Shown here: one piece after another, positions 18,049 to 27,074 of the stretch | Layout: each line of letters begins with the position of its first letter | Position numbering within the stretch: position 1 is the stretch's first letter | Source of the DNA: an uncultured Verrucomicrobiae bacterium | GTDB lineage: Bacteria; Verrucomicrobiota; Verrucomicrobiia; Chthoniobacterales; Chthoniobacteraceae | Assembly (NCBI GenBank): GCA_963836755.1 | Contig: CAWIKF010000002.1 | Span: 1,984,001 to 2,048,000, forward strand | DNA length: 64,000 bases | Direction of reading: 5' to 3' | The notes under the pieces: model-generated | The model's database searches: none | What the model saw: only the letters and a program-made list of their open reading frames with translations | Told to the model about the DNA's origin: nothing | Made by a program: the position numbers and the translations under genes

Positions 18049-20920
18049 ATGAGTGGAGTCGAGCTGAGCGAAAAATTGCTGATGGATGCGGGCGGCTGGC
18101 AGGCGATGAAGCTGGCGCGCGCCCTCTGCGACGCCGGCCGCGTGCTGAGCGCGCATTATGCGCCGCCGGTATTGAAGGGCGTGGTGCAGGACGCGGGCGC
18201 GGAGTTTCGCTCGGGGCTCAAAATCGTGACGCGGACGAATGTGGAAAATATCTGCGGCTGCCGCGCGTCGCGCGAATGGGGGACGATCTGCGCGCATTCG
18301 CTGGCGGTGGGATTGAAGGTGTTGCGGCCAAAGTTGGAGAGAGCGGGGGAGCCTACGGTCTCCGCGCCGAAAGCTGCGGCGGTGATGAGCGGGCCGTTTT
18401 TTTCAACGACGGAAGCCGGCGAGCCGATCGCGCTGCACGTGATTTTGTCGCCGAATTTCCAGGCGGCATGGGAGAAGGATCAGGTGATGGTCGGCGCGGA
18501 AGTCGAGCAGGACGGCGGGCGGATTTTGATTCACGCGCTCGATGCGAAGAAAACTTTTCGCGCGGCGCCGGAAGATTTGCGGGTGATCGAAAAACTGCGC
18601 GAACTCAATGGCGGCGCGCTTTCCGGCATGATGATTCTGCCGCGCGAAAAAGTTCTCGAGCTGCTCGAAAGTCTTGCGCGGGCACCCACGCGTGACTTTT
18701 GGAAAAACTGCGCCAGCCGATGTGGAAGCGCTGCTGAAATCGCTGCGGCCAATCAAAGAGGACCCGCGAATTCCAGACCCCCATGTGGACGCGGAACCGG
18801 CTGCGCCGGAATTTTCGCTTACGCTGGAAGGTTCGCTCAATCATCTGACGGGGCGGCTGCAGGCGACTTACGGCCAGCGGGTCGTCACCGTCGGTCTCAC
18901 GCCGGATGCTGACACTTTCACATTTCCCGATCCCAAAAATGCATCGCGCCGCCTTTCGCGAAATCTCGCTGCCGAGCACGCGGCATTGGAGCGGCTCACT
19001 CGCCACGGCTTCGCAGGCCCGGATACGACCGGGAATTTTACGCTCAAGCGCGAACATTCGATCCTGACATTTCTCGCACAGGAGCTGCCGCAATTAGAGC
19101 GGGAGTGGGCAGTTACGATCGGCGCGCGTTTTACAAACGTGACGCGCGACATCGAGCGCATCACGCCGCGCTTCGACATTCAGCGGTCGGGCCAGGATTG
19201 GTTCGAAATGAGCGTGCATTTGGAAGCGCCGGGCGGGCAAACCTTTTCTGCCGCTGACATCCAGCGCCTACTGCAATCGGGGCAAAATCATGTTCGCCTA
19301 AAAAATAATCGGCTGGCCGTTTTTGATGCGAAGATGCTCGATGAATTCCAAAACGTCCTCGTCGATTGCGCGCCGGAACAGCGGCAGCCCGGCCTCTATC
19401 GCGTGAACCGAATCCATGCCGGCTACATCGACGCGGTGATTGGCGATACGCGCGTCACCGGTGCGGCCGAGTGGAAGGAATGGGCGGCGACGCAACGGCA
19501 GATGAAGGCGCCGCAGCCGATCCCGCTCGGCCAGCTCGACGAGGTGCTGCGCCCTTATCAGAAGCAGGGCGTTTACTGGATGAACTTTCTCGCCGAGAAT
19601 GGATCGGGCGGAATCCTCGCCGACGAAATGGGGCTTGGGAAAACTTTGCAAGCGCTTGCTTTTTTGACGACGCGTGGCCGACCGTCGCTGATCGTCTGCC
19701 CATCTTCGCTCGTTTACAATTGGCAGCGAGAGGCGGAACGTTTTACGCCGGAGCTGCGAACTTTGGCGATCGCCGGGGCAAGTCGCAGCGCTCTCTACGG
19801 AAAGATCAACGAGTCAGATCTCGTGATCACAAGCTACCCGCTGCTTCGCCGAGATTCGGACCGCTACAGAACCTTTGAATTTGCGGCCGTTATTTTGGAC
19901 GAAGCACAGCACATCAAAAATCCTGAGACGCAAAACGCGCAAGCTGCCACGAGCCTGCGCGCAGAAACTCGCTTCGTGCTCACGGGCACGCCGATGGAGA
20001 ATTCGGTCCGTGATTTGTGGTCGATCATGCATTTTGTGAGGCCGGGCTATCTCGGCTCGCATGAAGATTTTCGCGAGCGATATGAGAAACCGATTTCCGG
20101 AAGGGATCGAGAAGCCCAAAACCGGCTGGCGAAACGGATCAAGCCATTTTTGTTGCGCAGATTGAAGAAAATGGTTGCCACGGAATTGCCGGACAAGATT
20201 GAGCAAGTTACTTATTGCGAGCTGACTAACGCTCAGTTGGATATCTACAACCAGATCCTGAAGGAGAGCCGTGCCCAAATCGAAGTCGCGAGCGGAGAGA
20301 AGAATGAAGGCCGACTGAAAATGGTGATGCTGACGGCATTATTGCGCCTCAGGCAGGCCTGCTGCGATCTTCGGCTCTTAAAGCTGGCAACAGATCCCGC
20401 CAACTACTCGGCGAAGCTCGAGTTACTCGACGAACTGCTGCGTGAAGCGATCGACGGCGGACATCGGGTCCTGATTTTTAGCCAGTTCGTTACCATGCTC
20501 CAGCTTCTCCGCAAACATCTTGAGAAGAGTGACACTTCATATTGTTACCTCGACGGCTCAACGAAAAACCGCGGTGAAGAGGTGGACCGATTCCAGAACA
20601 ATCCTGAAATTCCCGTTTTTCTGATCAGCCTCAAAGCCGGCGGCGTCGGCCTCAACCTTACGGGCGCCGACACGGTGATTCATTTCGATCCATGGTGGAA
20701 TCCCGCGGTGGAATCGCAGGCTACCGATCGCGCGCACCGACTCGGCCAAAAAAACATCGTGACGTCATTTAAGCTCATCACGAAAGGCACCGTCGAAGAA
20801 AAGATTCTCAATCTGCAGCAAAAGAAGCGAGACATCATAAACTCGACTATGGGCGATGAACTGGAGATGTCGGCGCTATCACCGGCGGAAATTGCATCAC
20901 TACTCGACGTAGAAGATTGA
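18049..20920 (+). pseudogene. SWIM zinc-finger/SNF2 family helicase with a single frameshift near 18675 (real lesion or sequencing error)
   Basis: Frame 1 holds a SWIM motif (CGC...CAH); frame 2 continues RGHPRVTFG to LADEMGLGKT, DEAQ, LTGTPMEN and QATDRAHRLGQ. Removing one base joins them. Confidence 0.8.
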
Positions 20921-20979
20921 TCCGCGGAGCGGGCACAGTCATTGAAAGATCGTCATCCAAACGGCACCAACACCCCACT

Positions 20980-21007
20980 AGTTTATATTACATATAGTCA
21001 AACGATT
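20980..21007 (-). other. Left dif-like site (XerD arm and spacer intact, XerC arm degenerate)
   Basis: Minus strand AATCGTTTGAC-TATATG-TAATATAAACT. Confidence 0.6.
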
Positions 21008-21404
21008 TATACGAGTTATAGGTAGATAAAGGCTATAAAAAACGTTCGCAAGGTGCTGGAGATAAGAGAGATAAACGACGCGAAAAAAAATCGAAGTTAT
21101 AGGAAAATAAGGCCGGATTAGAAGCCCTTTTAGAAGCACTTTTCGCGCCTCGATTTTCCACGCCGACTTGCTCACAAACCGGTAGCTCTGGCTTGGCGCC
21201 AGCGCGCGAGCTGATCCGCTTCGCGGCTCGCGCTGCCGCTACCTTCGCTCCGCTCGCAGACTCGCTCCGACGATTTGAGAACAAGCCTTCCAACGTGAGA
21301 AAGAAAGGCTCTGGCACGATCGAAAAGAAGAGTGGGAGAGAAGTCCGCGCAGCTGCGCGCGAGAGAGTCAGACCGAGACCCACGGCAGAGCAGGCGAGAG
21401 AGAA

Positions 21405-21452
21405 AGAGCCAGGACGAAAGATGACCGTCGCAACGAGAGCCAGGACGAAAGA
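21405..21452 (+). repeat. 17-bp direct repeat pair in a purine-rich tract
   Basis: AGAGCCAGGACGAAAGA at 21405-21421 and 21436-21452. Confidence 0.8.
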
Positions 21453-21575
21453 GAAGACGGTCGCGCGGCACGAAAGAAAAGAATGACCCCAGCCCGCCGA
21501 CGGCCTACGGCAACGGGACGGGCTGGGGAACCTTTAGAACACATTTCACGCACGACGACATGTCACACACCATGC

Positions 21576-21716
21576 TCATGCAGTCCCCGTGTTCTCGGTG
21601 ATTGGACGACCACCCTTGGCACCGTTCGAACGGGCAGAGAGACGCTTTTTGGCTGACTTGGCCTTGCCGCCACGCTTACCGATTTGCCTCAGGTATTCGC
21701 GTGTTGCGGGGTGCAT
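21576..21716 (-). CDS. 46-aa basic protein with KGG/GGRP motifs
   Basis: MHPATREYLRQIGKRGGKAKSAKKRLSARSNGAKGGRPITENTGTA; below the ORF-track size cutoff. Confidence 0.65.
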   Translation of the reverse strand: MHPATREYLRQIGKRGGKAKSAKKRLSARSNGAKGGRPITENTGTA

Positions 21717-22030
21717 AAAAGGCGAGTCTGGCCGCTTCGGTTTTCCAACCGACTCAGCTTAAATAGTTTACAAAATGCGAATGCGACGATTTTGGCCAAT
21801 TTTGGGATTTTGCTAAAAGTTCGGTGCAGTTGTTCACATATAGACAAGGAACAGCGTGCGCTATCGCGCTCGCTGGAAACCGCGTAAAAACGCGGGCCGG
21901 AACCCTCTGCGCCGGCCAAAGCTGGCTCCGCGCCGCTCGCCGCTAGCGCGGACTTCGGGACGACGATCGCCAGCGCGAAGCGGCTCCGCAGGGCTCCAAG
22001 GCCACTAGAACGCGGTTTTGCGGAACTCAT
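21689..22030 (-). CDS. Hypothetical protein translationally coupled to the RHH gene (possible decayed rep 5' region)
   Basis: ATGA start/stop overlap with the RHH gene; no recognisable motif. Confidence 0.35.
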   Translation of the reverse strand: MSSAKPRSSGLGALRSRFALAIVVPKSALAASGAEPALAGAEGSGPRFYAVSSERDSARCSLSICEQLHRTFSKIPKLAKIVAFAFCKLFKLSRLENRSGQTRLLCTPQHANT

Positions 22031-22356
22031 GACGCTTCGCCGTGACCTTCGAGCCACAGGCGGATAATCTGCCGCAGAAGCACGGACCGAGTCGGCGGGC
22101 AGAACTGGCGACGGCGGAAATCATCCAGCGCACCGGCCTCGGCCTCAGTCAGCGCAGAGGAGACAATGACCGAGACCTTTTCGAGCTGGGGATTGGCCTT
22201 GGGGCCGCGCTTTTGATCAGGCGGATAGCTGAGAACGGGACTGGAGGTGCCGTTAACGTGCTTGCGAGCGGCGTTTTTGGCACGGATATCGGCGCGGATT
22301 TCCTCAAAGAGCTTGCGCTCCGCAGGAGTATGGAGATTGACGCCACGCCGTCTCAT
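22027..22356 (-). CDS. Ribbon-helix-helix (CopG-like) DNA-binding protein
   Basis: C-terminal VIVSSALTEAEAGALDDFRRRQFCPPTRSVLLRQIIRLWLE fits the strand-helix-turn(RS)-helix pattern. Confidence 0.6.
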   Translation of the reverse strand: MRRRGVNLHTPAERKLFEEIRADIRAKNAARKHVNGTSSPVLSYPPDQKRGPKANPQLEKVSVIVSSALTEAEAGALDDFRRRQFCPPTRSVLLRQIIRLWLEGHGEAS

Positions 22357-22485
22357 TTGAACAAGACGTTGGTGCCGTATACAAACCGGCAAAGAAAAAC
22401 TTTGCTGATTTGCAGAATGTAGACAATTGGCCCGTGGTTGCTGGCTTGGCGGGCGAGTTGGTGGACGGACATGCCACCAATCTGG

Positions 22486-22513
22486 ATTTTATATTACATA
22501 TATTGTATGATGT
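22486..22513 (-). other. Right dif-like site (near-complete Xer site)
   Basis: Minus strand ACATCATACAA-TATATG-TAATATAAAAT, 11-6-11 layout resembling canonical dif. Confidence 0.7.
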
Positions 22514-22589
22514 TATTGTTATGTGCTAATGGCACCGCGGCTTACCGTTTTGTGAATAACTAGTGAATGAAACCCTGTGCAGGTTCGCG

Positions 22590-23051
22590 CTAGAGTTTCA
22601 TCTCCCACTCCGCGAGCAAATCCAGAAACCCTGTGGAGGTGCTCGCGGTGCGCAATGCGGATTCCGCGGCGCTCTCTTTGAAGATTCGAGCCAAAGCTCC
22701 GATGATGCGCAGATAATCTGCAGCCATCGCGACTGGCACGCCGATCACAAAAATGTAGTGAATGTTGTTCTTCGTATTCGGGAATGCGATTCCACGCACC
22801 GATCGGCCGACACTAACGACCATGCTCGTTACAAAATTGGTGCGGGCATGCGGGATGCAAATCTCAAACTCGTCGCCGGCAGCGACGCATGGATTCTTGC
22901 TCTTCAGGCTGTTGTAAAATGCGTTCCAGTCACGCACGCGTTCATCTTCTTTTAAAAGCGAGGCGACTTTGAAAATCGCCTCCTCCTGATTCGTCTCCTT
23001 CAAATCGATATCGATGTGCCGGGGCTGAAGAATGCTGGAAATCGTGATCAT
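22590..23051 (-). CDS. PTS sugar transporter subunit IIA domain protein (PtsN-like)
   Basis: ICIPHAR phospho-His motif, YLRIIGALARIF. Confidence 0.88.
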   Translation of the reverse strand: MITISSILQPRHIDIDLKETNQEEAIFKVASLLKEDERVRDWNAFYNSLKSKNPCVAAGDEFEICIPHARTNFVTSMVVSVGRSVRGIAFPNTKNNIHYIFVIGVPVAMAADYLRIIGALARIFKESAAESALRTASTSTGFLDLLAEWEMKL

Positions 23052-23914
23052 ATGGCAGTGCCGCTCCACTTCAGTTTCTGCCGGAGCACTTCGGAAAAAG
23101 TGAGATCCGGTAGCATGGCGAGCGGCAGCGTATGCTTTGCTTTGGTGATCCGGATGATGTCGCCGCCTTTTATTTTGAGCAGCTCCTGACCATCGACGGT
23201 CAAAAAAACATCCTGCTGTCCGGTGCATGGACGAACGGAAATCCGCGATTGGTCGCTGACGATGACCGAGCGGTTTGTCAGCACATGAGGGCAGATCGGT
23301 GTGATGACAAATACGCCGCAGTCCGGCATCAAGATCGGTCCGCCTGCTGACAAAGAATAAGCTGTGGAGCCGGTCGGCGTGGAAATCACCAATCCATCGG
23401 CGTTGTATTCGGTAAGCACATTTCCGTCGATCCGCGTTTCGAGCCGGATCAAGCGCGACATCTCGCCGCGGCTGATGACAGCGTCATTCAATCCAATGCG
23501 CCGGCCTGTAATGCGGCCACCGCTTTCGATCTCCACTTCGAGCAATGTCCGCTGGCTCAGGATGAAATTTCCCGCGACGATGCAGTCGACCGCGAGCGCG
23601 TGCGAGGAGGAGCTGACGCAGGTCAAAAATCCCAGCGAGCCGAGATTGATGCCGAAGATCGGTTTCAGCCTCTCGCCCAAATCATGAAGCACTTGCAAAA
23701 TCGTCCCGTCCCCGCCCAGCACGACAAGAATTTCGCACGCTGCACCGAGATCATGCGAGGAGCCGGCAGATTTCTCGCCGATCAATTCCGCCGTTTTCGT
23801 TTCGAAAAAAATCGTTGCGTTGTGGCGATGAAATTCGGCCTGCAACTTTTTCACCAACTCCGCTGCACCCGGCTTCCCCGCATGCGCGATGATCCCAATC
23901 AATGGCGCAGACAT
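23048..23914 (-). CDS. nadK: NAD(+) kinase
   Basis: GGDGT, GINLGSLGFL, LND, DGLVISTPTGSTAYSLSAGGP. Confidence 0.96.
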   Translation of the reverse strand: MSAPLIGIIAHAGKPGAAELVKKLQAEFHRHNATIFFETKTAELIGEKSAGSSHDLGAACEILVVLGGDGTILQVLHDLGERLKPIFGINLGSLGFLTCVSSSSHALAVDCIVAGNFILSQRTLLEVEIESGGRITGRRIGLNDAVISRGEMSRLIRLETRIDGNVLTEYNADGLVISTPTGSTAYSLSAGGPILMPDCGVFVITPICPHVLTNRSVIVSDQSRISVRPCTGQQDVFLTVDGQELLKIKGGDIIRITKAKHTLPLAMLPDLTFSEVLRQKLKWSGTAI

Positions 23915-24642
23915 GCGAGAAATTCCTGGTTTCCCTCCGCGCCGAGAATCGGCGACGCGATCACCCCAGCCCATGTTTTGCCAAGCGCGCCGGTCACAAA
24001 ATCGTGCACACGGTTGACCACCCGCTCGCGGTCCGCCACGTCGCGCACGATACCGCCTTTGCCCACCTCGTCTTTGCCCAGCTCGAACTGCGGCTTGATG
24101 AGCGCGACAATCACGCCCGTTGGAATCAGCAATTTGAATGCGGCTGGCAAGATCAAACTCAGCGAGATGAAGGAGACGTCGATCACGCAAAGTGCGATCG
24201 CGTCCGGCACATCCTCTTTACCTAAATAGCGCGCGTTTAATTTTTCACGCACGACCACGCGGGAATCGCTGCGGATCTTCCAATGAAGCTGCCTGTGGCC
24301 GACATCGATCGCGTGCACTTTCGCGGCGCCGTGTTGCAAAAGACAATCGGTAAAGCCGCCGGTCGAAGCGCCGATATCCAGGCAAGTTTGACCCGCCGGA
24401 TTGATGTCAAAGTGCGCCAGCGCCGCTTCGAGTTTCAAGCCGCCGCGACCGACATAACGGCTCGCGCTTTTGACAAAAATTTCCGCGTCCTCGACGATCC
24501 GCGTCCCCGCTTTGTCCACAGTCGCATCCCCTACTCGCACCTCGCCGGCCATGATTGCGCGCTGCGCTTTTTCGCGGCTCTCAAACAAACCGCGCGCGAC
24601 CAGCAGTTGGTCCAGACGTTGCGAGGCAGGTTTTTGAGCCAT
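23899..24642 (-). CDS. tlyA: TlyA family RNA methyltransferase
   Basis: S4 domain RLDQLLV, DIGASTGGFTDCLLQ, DVSFISL, LIKPQFE. Confidence 0.95.
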   Translation of the reverse strand: MAQKPASQRLDQLLVARGLFESREKAQRAIMAGEVRVGDATVDKAGTRIVEDAEIFVKSASRYVGRGGLKLEAALAHFDINPAGQTCLDIGASTGGFTDCLLQHGAAKVHAIDVGHRQLHWKIRSDSRVVVREKLNARYLGKEDVPDAIALCVIDVSFISLSLILPAAFKLLIPTGVIVALIKPQFELGKDEVGKGGIVRDVADRERVVNRVHDFVTGALGKTWAGVIASPILGAEGNQEFLACLRH

Positions 24643-24714
24643 TGAGTGCGACGGCGCGCGATGAAATAATTGCTTGAACCTGCACGGCTTTCAAACGATT
24701 AACCGAACCCCCGA

Positions 24715-24975
24715 ATGGCTCCTGAAATTTTGAAAGATTCCATCAAGGAAATGATGGTCGAAAATTTGATGCTCAAAACGCCGAAGGAAGAAATCGGCGA
24801 CGACCTGCCGCTTTTTGGCGCCGAAGGTCTCGGGCTGGATTCGATTGACGCGCTCGAGCTCGTCGTCTCGCTCGAGAAAAATTACGGCGTCAGCGTGCCA
24901 AACTCCGATGTTGCGAAAAACGCGCTCGCGACGGTCAATACTATTGCAGCTTACATCGAAGCGAACCGGAAGTAG
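24715..24975 (+). CDS. Acyl carrier protein
   Basis: GLGLDSIDALELVV phosphopantetheine attachment motif. Confidence 0.92.
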   Translation: MAPEILKDSIKEMMVENLMLKTPKEEIGDDLPLFGAEGLGLDSIDALELVVSLEKNYGVSVPNSDVAKNALATVNTIAAYIEANRK

Positions 24976-25071
24976 CGCGCTACGCGGATGATCTGGCCGC
25001 TGCGACGGTCGCGCCTTGAAACACGCAAGAAAAAATTGCACGCGGCGAATTGAGCCGCCACAATCCAGCAC

Positions 25072-26106
25072 GTGCTGCATGCCTTGACCCCGTCCGGCAA
25101 TTTGAAATTACCATCCCTCGACCGCGAAAAATATCGTCAGGCTTATCGCTGGATGCTGCTTGCGCGCCTGGCTGAAGAAAAGTTGGCGAATCTTTACCGC
25201 GGCGGCAAAATTCAGGGCGGCGTCTTCACGGGCAAAGGCCAGGAAGCGCTCTCAGTTTCACTCGGAATGTCACTGCGCAAAGGCGACATTTTCGCGCCGC
25301 TCATTCGCGACCAGGCAGGCCGACTGGCCTTTGGCGAAAGCCTTCTCGATGCCACGCGCACTTACATGGGCTCGCGCCTCGGGCCGATGCGCGGTCGCGA
25401 CGGCAATGTGCATCGCGGCCGCCCGCGCGACGGACTTTTCGCGATGATCAGTCATCTGGGCGCGATGATCCCAGCGGTCGCGGGCGCGCTTTTGGCGAAG
25501 CGGCGAAAAGGCGAAACCGATTTCGTCGGCGCGACATGTCTCGGCGATGGCGGCACTTCGACGGGCGCTTTTCACGAAGGCCTCAATCTCGCGGCCGTGG
25601 AAAAATTGCCGCTCGTCCTCATCGTCGCGAACAATCAATACGCCTACTCCACACCGACGTGCCGGCAATTCGCATGCGCCGATCTCGTGGACAAAGCGGC
25701 AGGCTACGGCGTCACAGGCCTGAGCGTCGACGGGACCGATTTAAAAGCCTGCATGGAAGTCGTTGGCAATGCCGTGCAAAGTGCGCGCGACGGGCGCGGG
25801 CCGCAGCTCATCGTCGCGTCGCTGCTCCGGCTCGGCGGCCATGGCGAGCACGACGATGCGCATTATGTAGATCAAAAGTTAAAGAATGCGGATGTGGGGC
25901 GCGACTGCATCAAGCTCGCCGAGAATTTCCTGCGCGAAAACGATTGGGTCGAGTCCGGGGAGCTGGAGCGCTGGCGTGCCGAAGCCCTTCAACAAATCGA
26001 GGAGACCGTCGCGACCGTGCAGCGCGAGCCCGCGCCCGATCCGGATCTCGATGATTGGCGCGCGCTGGCCACGCAGCATTTGTGCGAGGGCTTTTGCGAG
26101 CCATGA
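25072..26106 (+). CDS. 2-oxoacid dehydrogenase E1 alpha subunit
   Basis: GQEA, TPP-binding GDG...NNQY, RLGGHGEHD. Confidence 0.92.
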   Translation: MLHALTPSGNLKLPSLDREKYRQAYRWMLLARLAEEKLANLYRGGKIQGGVFTGKGQEALSVSLGMSLRKGDIFAPLIRDQAGRLAFGESLLDATRTYMGSRLGPMRGRDGNVHRGRPRDGLFAMISHLGAMIPAVAGALLAKRRKGETDFVGATCLGDGGTSTGAFHEGLNLAAVEKLPLVLIVANNQYAYSTPTCRQFACADLVDKAAGYGVTGLSVDGTDLKACMEVVGNAVQSARDGRGPQLIVASLLRLGGHGEHDDAHYVDQKLKNADVGRDCIKLAENFLRENDWVESGELERWRAEALQQIEETVATVQREPAPDPDLDDWRALATQHLCEGFCEP

Positions 26107-27068
26107 GCATCACGTATCTCGAGGCGATCCGCGAGGCTCAGGCAAAGGCGCTCACCGACGATCCGCGCGTTTATATTTACGGCCAGGATGTCGGAGAATT
26201 CGGCGGCGCATTCAAGGCGACGAAAAATCTTGCGAAAGAATTTCCCGGCCGCGTGCTCGACGCGCCCTTGAGCGAAGACGCGATTATCGGCAGCGCGATT
26301 GGCGCGGCGATTGAAGGAATGCGTCCGATCATCGAGATGCAATACGCGGATTTTTCGACATGCGGCCTTAATCAGATTGTTAACCATGCGGCAACACTGT
26401 TTTGGCGCACGCAAGTCCCCTGCCCGATCACGATTCGCCTGCCAAGCGGCGGCACCGCGGGCAGCGGGCCGTTTCACAGCCAGAGCATGGAAGCGCTCTA
26501 CGCCACGTATCCCGGCCTCATCGTGATGACTCCCGCGACGGTCGAGGATGTTTACAGCATGCTGCTCGAAGCGGTCGCAATCGATGACCCGGTAATTTTT
26601 TGCGAGCACAAGTATTTGTATTACCATCTCAAGGCTGACGGCTTGCCGACCGAAGCGCTGCCGACTGGCAAAGCCCGCATCGCGCGCGCGGGACGCGACG
26701 TCACGGTCGTCACTTACAGCGCGATGGTGCACGAAGCGCTTGCGATGGCCGAGGAACTCGCGACCGAAGGCACGGAGGTCGAAGTCGTCGATTTACGCTC
26801 TGTTAAACCTTTGGATACAGACACCGTGCTCGCATCAGTCGCGCGCACCGGCCGTTTGCTCGCGGTCGGCGAAGCGTGGCCGTGGGGCGGCGTTACCGCC
26901 GAAGTGGTCGCGCGCGTCGCGTGCGAAGGCTTTGGCTTGCTCGACGCACCACCGCAGCGCCTGAACGCGCGCGAAACTCCTGTCCCCTTTCATCCAAACT
27001 TGTGGGGAACGCATCGCCCCACCGCGCGCAGCATTGCGATCGCCGTGCGCGACCTGCTTCGCCACTAA
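26103..27068 (+). CDS. 2-oxoacid dehydrogenase E1 beta subunit
   Basis: GQDVG.FGGAF, DAPLSE, PIIEMQYADF, GPFHSQS, EVVDLRSVKPLD. Confidence 0.93.
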   Translation: MSITYLEAIREAQAKALTDDPRVYIYGQDVGEFGGAFKATKNLAKEFPGRVLDAPLSEDAIIGSAIGAAIEGMRPIIEMQYADFSTCGLNQIVNHAATLFWRTQVPCPITIRLPSGGTAGSGPFHSQSMEALYATYPGLIVMTPATVEDVYSMLLEAVAIDDPVIFCEHKYLYYHLKADGLPTEALPTGKARIARAGRDVTVVTYSAMVHEALAMAEELATEGTEVEVVDLRSVKPLDTDTVLASVARTGRLLAVGEAWPWGGVTAEVVARVACEGFGLLDAPPQRLNARETPVPFHPNLWGTHRPTARSIAIAVRDLLRH

Positions 27069-27074
27069 GATTAT

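Larger units (their letters stand above)
20980..22513. mobile_element. Small element between two dif-like Xer sites (candidate IMEX/satellite or relic)
   Basis: 15-bp direct repeat TTTATATTACATATA at 20982-20996 and 22488-22502; cargo is an RHH protein, small ORFs and hairpins. Confidence 0.7.

Noticed and set aside
21405..21480. Direct repeats as a mini CRISPR array
   Set aside because: Only two 17-bp copies with a 14-nt spacer, and no cas genes; no CRISPR array seen anywhere in the window.
21193..21486. 97-aa Lys/Arg/Glu-rich ORF
   Set aside because: Composition simply reflects the purine-rich tract; weak TTG start inside a hairpin region.
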